Part shown: piece after piece, positions 12,243 through 42,798 of the stretch | How the letters are laid out: every line of letters starts with the position of its first letter | How positions within the stretch are numbered: position 1 is the first letter of the stretch | Assembly (NCBI GenBank): GCA_963693365.1 | Contig: CAVNZM010000012.1 | Span: forward strand, 4,020,409 to 4,084,408 | From: Amoebidium appalachense | Taxonomy: Eukaryota > Protista > Ichthyosporea | DNA: 64,000 bases | Direction of reading: 5' to 3' | The notes under the pieces: generated by a model | What the model saw: only the letters and a program-made list of their open reading frames with translations | Told to the model about the DNA's origin: nothing | The model's database searches: none | Position numbers and translations under genes: made by a program

Positions 12243-12896
12243 CCCCCCCCCCCTCCCCCCTTCCCCCGGTGGCCCCTGTCGCAAAGCTGTGCGCTTCAAA
12301 AACGTAAGTTAGAAGGTTGCGATTACGGCGAAAAACGAAGCAGTGTGCTGTTTTTCTGACTGTGGGTGTCGAAATCTGGAAGAGCAAATTTGATTAATGA
12401 TTGGGTAGCAGATCGTTTTAACAGAGATACCTTACTGGTAGACTGGCTTAATGAGCTCAACTGATTGGCTGGGTATCAGGTTGAGTGTAGTCGCCAGGAT
12501 GTAAAAAGATCGCCAGCAAATAAATTAATGTGTGGTTGTGTGTGTATGGTGGTGGTGGGAGGGGGGCCGGAGGGGGGAGGGGGGAGAGGGGGGGAGGGGG
12601 GGGGGGAGGGGGGGGGGGGGGGGGGGGGAGGGGCTGCTACTAAGAAAAAACTAAGAAAAACACTACACATCCATTTCTGCTCATGTAAGTCGGTACTGTA
12701 AATAATGCTCGTTAGTGTTGAGGACATTTCGGCTATGTAGCCTAGCCGTCCAACAACCCCCCCTTTTACAAAATTCACACAGCAGCAGATTTACCCCCCT
12801 TACCCCCCCCCCACCCCACCCCCTCTCCCCACCCCCACCCCAACCTTCCCCCCCCCCCCCCCCCCCCCCGCGCCCACCCTACCACCACCCCAACCT

Positions 12897-12939
<43 letters not shown>

Positions 12940-13634
12940 CCCACCCTACCACCTCCCCCCTCTCTCCTTGCTGCCCCTCACCCCATCACCCGTGGACCTC
13001 ATTGCTCCAAGGGTGGGGGGGGGGGGGGGGGGGGCGGGTCCCTCGCAAATTCCCGTCGCCTTCCCACATCCTCAAATCCGGCAAGGGTTCTGGCCCCTGA
13101 GCGACAAAAAAGCTGCAAGCGCAGTCTGCCGGCCTTCACCAGCCACACCACGAGTGAGAGAATCGCCAATTTGGCAGACTTTCATATATATTTATCTCCC
13201 AATATATATCATATACTACGTATCCCGGCACCCAATAAACGTGTTTGTTATAATAAACGTATATCTCAAAACAAAAAAAAATGTAAAAATCCTGAAAATG
13301 CACCCACTGGCCAGACAGCACTTAGGGGTCCGTACATTTTCAAATCGGGGTCTCCCGCATCATACAGCTGCCAATGGTCTCATTTATTGGGGGGGGGGGG
13401 GGGGGGGGGGGGGGGTATTCTAAAGAAGAAAGACTCACACAAAAAACTGCAAAAAAACAAAAACGTCAATTCGGCCCACAACCACGGCTCCAGAACCCTC
13501 TACAAATCAAATCATCCTCAAATATTCATGCACGTATATCTCCACACATCCAATGATATATCCCGTTCGTTTTTCGTTTGTGACCCAGCACACATTTTCA
13601 AATTTTTACAGTTTTCTCCCAATGATCCCGCAAT

Positions 13635-14215
13635 TTACTGGGCGGCAGTAGCAGGCATTTCCGGATCCCAGCTGGCTCCAGTCACCTTCTGACTGAAGGC
13701 CCACAGCCTGCGGGCCAGCTCCGGGTCGGACGATCTCGGGTCGGGCCGGGCCAGGTTGCAGTCCGAAAAGTACTGGCCCGTGACCCCCTCCACCCGGGGG
13801 CTCATGCAGAGATACACCACCGTGGCTGCCCCCTGCTCCATGGTCTTGCCAACTACCCCGGCTGATATTCGCCCAATCAGAACATGGACATAAAAACCCC
13901 GACAGATAAATATAAGAGCTGCCAAGTTTCTAACTTTAATTAGATGAGCTTCATTTGTTTTTTTTTTTGTGTGTTTGTGCTTGTGGTGTCTTACCACTGA
14001 TTGTTGATGCTATGTGGATGCGGGAGCAGGAATGGGAGACAAGGTTGAAGGGGTGGCTTGCAAAAGAATTCGGTGGTACAAGGTTTCCACTAGTTTTTCC
14101 CGGAATTTTGCACACTGTTATTGTTCCACTAATAGTTATTTTAATTTTAGTTATTTTAAGCTGATATTCGTTTCTCTCTCTCCTGTTTCTTTGTGTGTGG
14201 GTAGGCGAAAGGTGT

Positions 14216-14248
<33 letters not shown>

Positions 14249-15132
14249 TGTAGAGGGGCAGTGGCAGAGTAATGGGTTTGTGATTACCAGTGCTCTAGTA
14301 GTCCGCACACTGGGAAGAGGTGGAGCCCCCCCTTGCCCCCCCCACCCCCCCCCCCCCTCCCCTCCCCCTTAACCAAAAAAAGGAAAGAAAGAAAAAAGAA
14401 AGCCCCCCCCCTCCCCTTAACCAAAAAAAAGAAAGAAAGAAAAAGAAAGCCAAAAAGGAGGACTAGCGGGGGGAAATGTGGTGAGAAATAACTCGTGCAG
14501 TAGTTATGTTCGTGTGTTTTTGTTATGGTGGTGGTGGTTGGGGGGGGGGGGGGGGGGGGGGGGGGGGAGGGGGGGGGGGGGGGTTAGGGCGGGGAGGAGG
14601 GGGGAGGGAGCGGAGGGGGGAGGGGAAGGAAGGAGGGGGGAGCAGGGGGGGGAAGGAAGGGGATAGTATTACATACCGACAGAGTCAAATGTGAGTGCCT
14701 CATACCAACTCGAGTGACGGGTGATGCCTGTGACGATAGCACCAGGGTGAGCAGCATTTGCAGAAATGTTCAGCCCACGGGCCTTCATCTGACGGGCCAT
14801 TTCAATCACAAACAGAATCTGCGCCCCCTTGCTTGCTCCGTACGCACGCCAGCGGCCGAGAAAGTTGACAAAGGTCGCGGTCCAGTACCAAGATCCCTGT
14901 ACGTGTGTGTACGTGTGTGTGTGTGGGGGGGGGGGGGGGGGGGGGGGGGGAGGGGGGGGGGGGGGGGGGGGGGGGAGAGGGAGTGGGGGGGGGGTGGGAA
15001 GGGGGGGGGGGGGGGGAGAAGGGGAGAAGAGGGGGTGAGGGGGGTGCGTGTGTGAGTGTGGGTGGGTGGACGTGTGTCTCTCTCTCTCTCTGTGTGTGTG
15101 TATGCGTGTGCGTGTGCGTGTGTTTTTGTGTG

Positions 15133-15216
<84 letters not shown>

Positions 15217-15611
15217 TGGGGATTCGCAGGAGCGGGAGAGGGGGGGGAAGGGAGAGGGAAAGGAAGAGGGGGGGGGGGGGGGGGGGGGGGGAGGAAAGGG
15301 ATTAGCGATGGGGGGTAGGACCGGAAGTGAAAGATTGGGGAGTGGTGTGGAATTGATGGGTTGGGGGAGGGGCAGTATGTGTTGCATGGGTGTTGGGCTG
15401 ACATAGGAAAAGAATAGGGAGTCCGTGCTCGCTTGCGTGTGTGCGTAAGTGCGTGCGTGTGTGTCGGGGAGGGGGGGGGGGGGAGGGGGGGGGGCCTGGG
15501 GGGAGGGGGGCTTGGTTAAGTTGGTCAGGGTGAGTAATTGAATTGGTGGGTAAGGCCGTGAAACCATCAGAGATCATCGGAAATCATGCCCCGGGTTGGG
15601 TAGTGGGATTT

Positions 15612-15664
<53 letters not shown>

Positions 15665-16527
15665 GGGGAGGGGGGTGATGCTTACCTTTCCGTTGACGTC
15701 AGCAGGGTTGGGAGTAAAAATGTGGTGGCCAGAGGATGAAACCATGATCACACGGGAAGGTTGGGCCAAAGCAAGTTGGGGGAGAAGAAGAGAGGTGAGG
15801 AGGTAGTGCGAGAGATAGTTCACTTGGAACATCTCTTCACACCCGTCCTCTGTCTCCGTGTACTGGCTACTGAACACACCTGTGTGTACGTGTGTGTACG
15901 TGTGTGTACGTGTGTGTACGTGTGTGTACGTGTGTGTACGTGTGTGTACGTGTGTGTGGTGGTGGGTGGGGGGGAGGGGGGGGGGGGGAAGGGGTGGGAC
16001 GGGGGAGGGGTGGGGAGGGATGGAGAAGGTGGGGGGGGGGGGGGGGGGGGGAGGGGGGGGGGGAAGAGAGAGAGAGAGGGAATGGGTTGGAGTGGGATGG
16101 GGGGTGGAGGGGGTCGATGGGGAGAAAGTGAAGGAAGAAAGCACGGGGGGATGAGGGGGCATGGGGAGAGGAGGGTGGAAAGGGGATGTATATGTGTGAG
16201 CCGTGGAAGGAGGCAGGGAGAGGAGTTAGGAAGGTGGGAGACGGGGGTTGTGGTGTTTCTTACGTGAGGGTTCTGCAGGAGAAGGGGTGGGTGGGGATGT
16301 GGATGGGCAAGTTGCCGGGGAGAGGGGGGGGGGGGGGATGGGGATCAGTGGAGGATGATCGTTGGATAGGTTAAAAATAGGCAACGGAACAAAGGAAAGG
16401 AGGAGTGGCGGGAGGGGAGGGGATGGATGGGGGAAAGGGGGGGGGGGGGGGGAGTGTGTGTGTGTGGGGGGGGGGGGGGGGGGGAGGGGGGAGGGGGGGG
16501 GGGGGGTGATGTGGGTATTTTAGATTG

Positions 16528-16568
<41 letters not shown>

Positions 16569-17001
16569 GGTTTGGGGTATGGGGCATATTTTCATTTGAA
16601 CTATGGGGCTGTTGGTGGGACGCGGCAAGATGGTTCTGCAAAGGGTGGTCCGTACGTGAAAGGAGGGAGTGTCCGGAGGAGGAGGGGGGGGGGGGGGGAG
16701 GGGGGGGGGGGGGGGGGGGGGGAGGAAGAAAAGAACGGGGTGGGGGGGGCGGGGGGGGGCACGCAATGATGTGTGAGGTAGAGGGTGATGGCTCCCCAAT
16801 GACGTTTTCTGGGTGTCACGCCCTGTGCTGGAGATAGAGAAACCAACCTTAAGGCCGGTATGGTTAAGGGGGGAGGAGGGCGCAGGTGTGTGTGTGTGTG
16901 TTTGGGGGGGGGGGGGGGAATATAGGAAACACTTCGATGTTGAAACAAGTGGGAAGCCGGGAGGGGATGAAGAAGAAGGGGGAGGAGGAAAGGGGGGGGA
17001 A

Positions 17002-17040
<39 letters not shown>

Positions 17041-17749
17041 AGAGTGCAAGAGAGAATGAAAGAAGACCCCACAAACTTTTGGAGGCAGGGCAAGAAGGGG
17101 GTAAAAAGGGCCGGAGGGTGGGGGGTGAGGGGAGGAAAAGGGGAAATGGGGGGGGGGGGGGGGGGGGGGATGCGTGTATGTGGCGGGAGAGGCGGGGGGG
17201 GGGGGGGGGGGGGGGGGGAACTGTGCACGTACCAGCGTTGCACACGAGTACATGCAGGGGAATGCCCATCTCTCTGATCACGGCAGCACACTCCCTCACA
17301 GAACGAAGAGAGGACAGGTCACACGCCACCACCTCCCCCCTACCCCCCAGTTGCTCTGCTACCACCCTGTTTCCTCTCTTAATGTCACGCACGGCAAGGA
17401 TTACGCGTGCTCCTTTCAGGCCTAGAACACGCGCCGCTTCGAGCCCGATTCCTGTGTATACGCAATTATTATTATCATTTACGTCTGATGTAAGATTGTC
17501 ATTGAGATGTGGTAAAAAGACGGAAAGCGGGCTGAGAATCCATCAACTGACTAATAATTGTTTGACTAAGTTACGGGGTGGGGACGGTCATGCACGAGTA
17601 GCATACTTTAGGAGTTTGTGTCGGTGTCAAAATGTCAGAGCAGCAATAAATATCGGGGAACTGTGACGGTGATGGTGGTGGCGGTAGTGGGAAGCTGAGG
17701 GAAGGCGGGCGGGAGCGATGGGGGTTGGGGTTTGGGGTTTTTTTTTTTT

Positions 17750-17780
<31 letters not shown>

Positions 17781-18224
17781 GGGAGGGAGGGCTCTTTTTT
17801 TTTTTTTTTTTTTTTTGGGAGGGGGGGGGGGGGGGGTTTGAGAAACGGCAAAGGGGGGTGGAGTGGATGTGCATGCAAGGGGGCCGGTTTAAGTTGGTGA
17901 GTAGGGGTGGAAGCAGGGGCATGTGTGTTAGTTTTTGTTCTGTTTTTATCATCATTTTTTTTTGGGTGGGTGGTGGTGGTGGTGGTGGTGGGGGGGGGGG
18001 GGAGGGGGGCAGAAGAAGAATTGAAACTCCGCACGGAATGATTCAGAATTGTCGCATGACTCCAAGGCCAGACTGTGTATCTTCTCTTTCTTAAGGAAAG
18101 GAGATTAAAAACCACGTCGGTCCGAAAAGAGCAAGAAAGATTGAATTTTCTTCGATTTGGATAGACCTAAGGCCTTAAGCTTGGTATTGGTGTGTGTATG
18201 TGTTTCTGGAATAACGAGGGTGGG

Positions 18225-18264
<40 letters not shown>

Positions 18265-18551
18265 GAGATCCCCTGACCACGCCGAGGAATTCGAAGAGAA
18301 GAAAAGGCGCAGGGAGATCCGTAGACTGTCACAGTGAGGAAGTAGGTGGGAGTCGTGCAAAGGACAAAGAGTACGAAAAGGCGAGGGGCAAGGAGACGTT
18401 TACAGGAAACGGAGAAGAAATTTAGAGTAATACCTTGTATATGCCGTGATCAAGTTTGAATTGATTGGAGCCGAGGTGGTGGTGGTTTTTTCTTTCCTTT
18501 CTTTTCTTCAAATCTTTTTCTTTTTTCTTTTTTTTTGGCGCCGGGCGGGGG

Positions 18552-18585
<34 letters not shown>

Positions 18586-19003
18586 GGGGGGGGGGGTCTA
18601 GAACTATATTGCAGGAAATTTTTTTTCTCTTTTCTTTTGACTGGGAGGAACTATATATAGATTGGGAGTCACTTGAAGAAGAAAGGCGAATTCAGGCCTG
18701 GGCCCAGGGGGCGGCCCCGGGGGGGGGGGGGGGGGGGGGGGGGGGGAGGGGGGAGGGGGGGGGTGGGTGGGTGGGGGGGGGGGGGGGGGGGGGGGAGGAA
18801 GGAGGGGGGGGGGGGGGGGGGGGGAGAATAAGCTAGGTACCTGCGTAGCCGCCTGTGATGAGGACGTTCTTGCCGGTCATGTCCACACCCTCTGTCTCGG
18901 CTATTTCCCAGGCAGTGGTGGACCAATCATAGCCATTGCTCCTCTCACTGCACTCAAAGTTGAGGTACTTGTTGATGGTGCTGGCAAGGTAGGTCAGAGC
19001 CAT
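13635..19003 (-). CDS. Short-chain dehydrogenase/reductase, retinol dehydrogenase/WWOX-like
   Basis: Exons are 19003-18841, 17451-17233, 15879-15686, 14896-~14706 and a last exon ~13880-13635 whose junction phase is unresolved. Motifs are TGGYAGIG (TGxxxGIG), CDLSSLRSV, NAG, FQVNYLSHY, catalytic YGASK, HPGAI, KTMEQGAAT, GQYFSDC and LARRLW. Confidence 0.9.
15881..15955. repeat. 10-bp tandem repeat (TGTGTGTACG)x7 abutting an SDR acceptor
   Basis: Directly visible. On the sense strand it reads (CGTACACACA)n then G|exon. Confidence 0.95.
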
Positions 19004-19039
19004 AGTGAAGGTAGTTTTCCGTGAAAAGAACAAAAGGTA

Positions 19040-19090
19040 GAAGAACAAGAAAAAGAAGAAGAAGAAGGATAAGAGGAAGAAGAAGAAGAA

Positions 19091-19122
<32 letters not shown>

Positions 19123-19170
19123 AGAAGAGGAGGAAGAAGAAGAAGAAGAAGAAGAAGAAGAAGAAGAAAG
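19040..19170. repeat. (GAA)n / (CTT)n microsatellite just upstream of the SDR start codon
   Basis: Directly visible, ~40 nt upstream of the ATG at 19003. Confidence 0.95.
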
Positions 19171-20144
19171 GGAAGGGAGGAAGGAAGAGTGGGGGAGGAT
19201 AGTATGTGGTGGTAGCTGTGTGAATGCGAATGGTGCAACCAGGCTATGTAATTGAATTTCGTAGTGTCTGTCAGAGAGAGACGATGTTGTCGGTAAAGTA
19301 TAAATGCAGTCCCGGACAAGGTGACGGAGCTCGAGTTCAAGTTGGAATAATTCTGCGGGTGTACATTCGTACGGTACGAGGTGACGTAGGGCTACCTTGT
19401 ATGACAACACAGACAGTGCACAATCAGCTCATGATAGCACGTGACTGAAATGGGCAGTTTTTTGAGATCAACAAAGATATTTAATTTTCTGTTTTTGTGG
19501 TTGTCTTAATGTACATTAACATTTTCATGCGCACTGACACGTGTACAGCAAGTGGGGAAGTCATGGTTGGGTTGACAGGTCACTTCGAAGCCATCACGGT
19601 GTCAATTAACCCGTGCGTTTGCAGAAGAATTACCACCGGTGCCCCACTCTCTGGGGTTATTCTTTCATAGCGAGCGTGGTCTGGTCCAGTTACACGCGGT
19701 TTGATCACGATGCTCATGATGGTGTTGTGTCGGGCCTGACATGTGTGTGTCGTGTACATTTGTGTGTGTGTCACGTGTATGTGTACGATTTCATGTACAT
19801 ACCCTGGTGCACGTCACAATGTACAAAACTTTTTTTTTTGGGGGGGGGGGGGGGGGGGAGGGGGGGGGGGGGGGGGAGGGGGGGGGGAGGAGGGGGAGGA
19901 GGGGGGATTTGGGGGGGGGGGGGGGGGGGGGTTCTAGCTAGGTCTTGGGCTTCATTATTTTGGGGGTTCCCGGATTCGTGGCGCCGAAAATCGACCTTAA
20001 GAAGTTACCCCCTATGGAGCCCGTTAAGGGAGCTTAAGCATATATAGTGTGTTGCTGTTTGGCCCAATCGGAACACACCAAAGATTTTGCGCTTTCTCTG
20101 GTAAGGTTCAGAATGGGGACTCATTCACCGCCATGGGGGTTCCA

Positions 20145-20185
<41 letters not shown>

Positions 20186-20797
20186 GGGGGGCGCGACAGA
20201 AGGGGGGGGGGGGGGGGGGAGAATGGTCTGCAGTCAGGGAGTTTGGCCTGGGGGGGGGAGGGGGGGGGGGGGATGGGGGGGCGGGGGGGGGGGGGGGGGG
20301 GGGGTTGCAGTCGAAAAGTTGAGGAGGGGGATTGATTCCGTTAGCTGCTTTAAATGCCTTGGATCAACCCATTTAGTCTGTCTAACCTCCATGCTATGAT
20401 GATTCAGCCGAGCTGGTAGCAAATAACCGATAGGATATGCGTTGATTAACTGCTCATGCAACTGGGGCTTACAAAATGTATTTGGGTTCACATTAGTGTA
20501 CTGGTTAATTAAAAAGGGTGCATGCATGTATGTCCATAACTTATTATCCCTTGGTACTTTTTGTTTATCTGTATGCATATATGTCTGGTCAAGACACTAG
20601 TGCACTAAAACCTATTCGACGTTATTAACATCATTTTTGCTGTAAGTTTGCAATGGAATGAGGTCACGGGTGGATTATAACCCAAAAGACTGAATTATGA
20701 GAACATGTGTTTCAGAGCCTACACATGATAATCAGAATGAAAGCGGGCTCCATTCTGAAACAAAAAGCCCGCACGTTTATACATGGTCCGGGGTCCC

Positions 20798-20862
<65 letters not shown>

Positions 20863-21253
20863 TGTGTGTGTGTGTGTGGAGGGGGGGGGGGGGGGGGAAG
20901 GGGGGATCACATGCTATGTTCGAAAGGTACCCAGTTCGAGGAAAGAATCGTCAACGGAACCCTTCCCCTTGAGCCCTTTGGGAGGTCATCCCTCCCCCCC
21001 CCCCCCCCCCCCCCCCCTCTTGCTCAACAGACTCTCAAATAAGGAGTATCCGATCACATGGAGTTATAAAGGAATATTGAATTCGAAGCTCTGCGCGTGT
21101 GTGCGTGTGTGCTTGTGTGCAGGCGTGCGTGCGTGCGTGCGTGCGTGCTCGTTTTGTGGTGGTGGCGATGGTGGGTGGGTGAATAGGCGGGTGAGTATCT
21201 GTGTGTGTGTGTCCTTTCGGGGCTGGGCCGACGGGGCGGCGGCGGCAGGGGCG

Positions 21254-21286
<33 letters not shown>

Positions 21287-22115
21287 AGGGGGAGGGAAGA
21301 GGGTAAAGGAGTCAAGGGGCAGGGGGCAGGGAGGAAGGCTGCTCAGGTGCAAAAAATCTCTCCAAAAAAACATTGTCAACAAATTTGGATGTTTATTAAG
21401 TCAGGCTCAGCTGCAGGCAATATTGGTTGTGATATTAACACGTACATTCGCTCTACTGTACAGTATTTACTAACCAAAACAAAATTTGATGTTTTTCGCA
21501 GCCAAACACCACTATGATAGAAAGGCATTGCCTGAAAATAACTAATTTATGTTCCCACGCTCATAACTAATGAATCCAACATCGTCTGTAAAGACGTTAT
21601 GGTATACATGCTGCGAGATTATGAGCGGAAATATCACTGTATATCACCAATTAAATATGCGGTAAAATGAAATGTTCACTGTACAGATGTACTTTACGCT
21701 AAATGTTTTTGATTTAACCATGATTGTATATTCCTTATCAGGTAACTAGAATCACCAATGTATAATTACGTTATGCCCTGTGCCTGTGCGGATTCGCAAA
21801 TAATTATTACCGCACACTGTAATATTACATTCCCATCGACCATCCCATTTCCCGTTGATACGGTAATAAATGTGTAAGACGCCAGTAGAGCATAAATCAA
21901 TTAAATCCCGGTCCTCACGGTAGGACTACATTCAAACCACAAGAATTTTACCTCAATAATATTAAAACATACATATCATTTCCATATGGCAAGAGACATC
22001 ATAGACATACATACACGAATCCCCTTCCCACCTATCAGACCACATTCAACCACCCAAAAACCAATAACGGAAAAAGCCCAACAATTCGAAATTTAAGTTC
22101 AAAACCACGAGATTT

Positions 22116-39517
<17,402 letters not shown>

Positions 39518-40054
39518 GGTTGCATCTGCGGGGTGCGCATAGGACTTCCATAAGTTAACGGGTGGAGGAGGGAGGAGGGGGGAGGAGGGAGAGGGAGGGG
39601 GGGAGAAGGACAAAAGGGATGCCGGCGGGGATCGTAAAATTGTAAAAGCGTATCCTCTTCCTCTTAAAGGGTTGAAGGGGGGGGGGGGGGGGGGGGGGGG
39701 GGGCAATGGGATGTCGGGTGGGTTCGACTTAAGGTTAGGAATGTAAAACCAGCACCCACTAAGAACACCAGAGGCATTTCAGCCAGACCGAGACAGTGTG
39801 ACAAACATTGAATCTAGAGTTTGATCACGACTTTCCTTCTCTCCTCCCACCTGCAATTAGGTATATAAAGAACCAACAACAGAGAGAGACCCACCAAACC
39901 TAGGTCATGTAAATGAGACAGGCCCAGGGGTTGCGCCATCAACCATGATGTTGAGTGTGCCGAAAAAATCAAAAAAATCTCTGTCCACACCAGCAAAATT
40001 ATCGCCATATTTTGTTACATCACACCAAAAGTTCACGAAACACAACTGTAATAT

Positions 40055-40532
40055 GCCATCCGGAAGCTGCTGGACATAGCCCGATGTTGCCCCAGAAACC
40101 TAAGGCCCGGCCATCCGGAAGCTTCTGGACATAGCCCGATGTTGCCCCAGAAACCTAAGGCCCGCAAGAACACCCACCCCACAGTCACAGGAGCGAGGCA
40201 AATCCGAAAACAGGAAAAGGGCAGACGCGATTATACTTACATCTGATGCCTTCATTGCCAGAACTTTGCAGTGGAAGTATATCAGGTGCTCATACCTTAA
40301 TCCCCTGCCAAGGCAGCGTTTCCTTGAAAAACAGCACTGCAGAAAATCCGTGCCACGTCGAGACAACGAGCCGCTGAAAAGAATCCAGAGCCCTGTAGAT
40401 ATTGACACTAAGCTTCTATAACTTTGTTGCTAGAAAACCTACACTTCCAGATGAACTAAAAAACTCACGTTGTTGCCCACGTCCGTAAACAGATGAACTA
40501 AAAAACTCACGTTGTTGCCCACGTCCGTAAAC
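40055..40532. repeat. Two separate tandem duplications (~55 bp x2 at 40055-40164; 42 bp x2 at 40448-40532)
   Basis: GCCATCCGGAAGCT..GGACATAGCCCGATGTTGCCCCAGAAACCTAAGGCCCG occurs twice, and CAGATGAACTAAAAAACTCACGTTGTTGCCCACGTCCGTAAA occurs twice. Confidence 0.95.
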
Positions 40533-40998
40533 ATGACGTTCAATGTGCCCGAGAAACAAACTCAGAGCTGAACGAAAGCTCAACGTTGGAAAACTCATTA
40601 TCCATAAAAAGGTGTTTCATAAACATTTTCCTTGGAGATAGCAAGTTTCCAAAATCGAATAAAATCGTGGGCTCAACGCATATGATCCTACTAACACCGC
40701 GATAATGTAATTTCAGGTAGACATACCTTTATCAAGTAAGTGAGGATGTAATTTTCGAGGTACCAATGCCCCTTTAGAGCCACCAATAGCGTCGCAAGGC
40801 GTTGATGCGCGGTGCGAGCCCAATTAGATATGTTGTTGCTTTCGATTTGCTCAGCCAAGTGCCCCCCCGGGCACGATCATCAGGTGCACTGCCTCTCTAC
40901 GAACAAAATCCAAATAAACACACCGCACGAAGAAAACCCCTCTACCCTATCCTCCCCCTCCACTACCCTCAATGCGTGGGCGTGTGTTTGTGTACTGT

Positions 40999-41038
<40 letters not shown>

Positions 41039-41609
41039 ATGTATGTGTGCATGTGTGGGTGACTGTGTCTGTGTGTGTGTGTGTGCCGTAGCCAATCAGC
41101 AAGAGACTAGCTAAAAACGGGGAAATGCAACACAGCTCGGGCAGGTGGGTGGGGTTAAGTAGGGGCCGACGGGGAAACAAAGCTAAGACGAGTAGATCGA
41201 GTCGCCGCCTATACACCATAGTCGGCTCCCTAGTGGCCACTGATTGTTGGAACACTATTCCAACCAATCAGTTGGCTAAATTCATCTCTAAATAGAGCTT
41301 GATGAATCAAGCGAAGTATTTAGATACGTTGTTGCTATCTGCGACCACATTCTTATTTTACAGAAATAATACACAAAGCTGGATGGCAGGAGCGGCGCGG
41401 CGAGTGATTTTCTTCCAATCATTAAGGGGGGAGGGTGCTGCCGTCCAATAGGAAGGCACGCATTCGCCAAGACCGGACACCGACCGGAAACACCACTTCG
41501 GGGGAGATTGAGGGAGGGGGGAGAGGGGGGTGGGTGGGTGGGTAGGGGGGGGGGGAAGGAGGGGGGAGGGGGGGAGGGAGGGGGGGGAGGGAGGGCCCCG
41601 GAGAGAGGG

Positions 41610-41650
<41 letters not shown>

Positions 41651-42798
41651 AAGTACAGCGGTAAACCAAACCGAGTGCCACAACCTTTGCTCATGCCTGG
41701 AGAGCGGCTGGGAGGATAGGAAAGATGGGGATGGGGAGGAGTGTGTGTGTGTGTGTGCTTGTGTGTGTGTATTGGGGAGGGAGGGTGTGGAGTTGGAAGT
41801 TCGAGAAATTTGCCTTGATCGATGTGAGTGACCGCAAAACATGACAAAAAAAAATAAAAAAAGAAACAAGTAAAACCCAACAAAAGGAGTGGGTGGGTGG
41901 GGAGGGGAGGGGGAGGGGGGGCGGGAGAGGTGTTGGCGATAGGGGGAGGGCGCAAAAAGGGGGGAGAAGGGGGGGGGGGGGGGGGGGGGGGGGGTACCCT
42001 GGTAGTTCAACGCAATAGAAGAAGCTTGGTCGAAAGGAGGGACCGCAATTACCTGACCATGTGCAGTAGGTGTTGGGGATAGAGAAAAAAGAAAGGGCCG
42101 GGCGGGGGGGGGGGGGGGGGGGAGTAAAGCAAAAGCCGAAAGATGGGAAACTGTGATGACTTACCCGTGTGCAGTAAGTAGATAAGGAGAATAACGAAGA
42201 AAGAAAGGAGGGAGGGAGGGGGAGGGGGGGGGGGGGGGGGAAGTAAAGCACACGGGGGGGGGGGGGGGGGAGGGGGGAGGGGGGCTACCCTCTGAATAAG
42301 AAACACTTTCTCAATGCTGAGATTGCGACTGACATGACTGAAACGGGGTTGGTAAACGGCTGGCATCTGAATAGGAGGTCGAGCTAGGCTTGATAGTTTG
42401 TAATGTGTGCTCTTAGTAAGGACACGACTCAGTCAGGGCTCTACTCATTTGCTCTACTCGGTATGGTCCATGTTTGCTTCAAGACTATTTGAGTGCCCTG
42501 GATGGCTCTCCCTAGCCACGACCCCGCAAGCTTCTACCATCGTAACACTATAAGCTGAAAACTATGAGTCCTGGAGCGCTTCGCCTCAACTTACAGGGTT
42601 GAAACTCAACTACAGTCAGCCTGTACAGCCAGTACAAAGACATGTCAGACGTCAGTGTCACCTTTAGCCGTGAGCTTGGTTGGGCGCCAGGATCCGGCCC
42701 GGCGGCAACATGTCTGCTCACTGCACGGCGTGCACGCAGTCCGCGATTGGCACAATCGACTTGCGCAAGCTTGATATTAGTGGTGCAAGGCAAACCTT

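Noticed and set aside
42548-42793. 81-aa minus-strand ORF next to the LINE
   Set aside because: It has no ATG start, no recognisable motif and no supported splice context.
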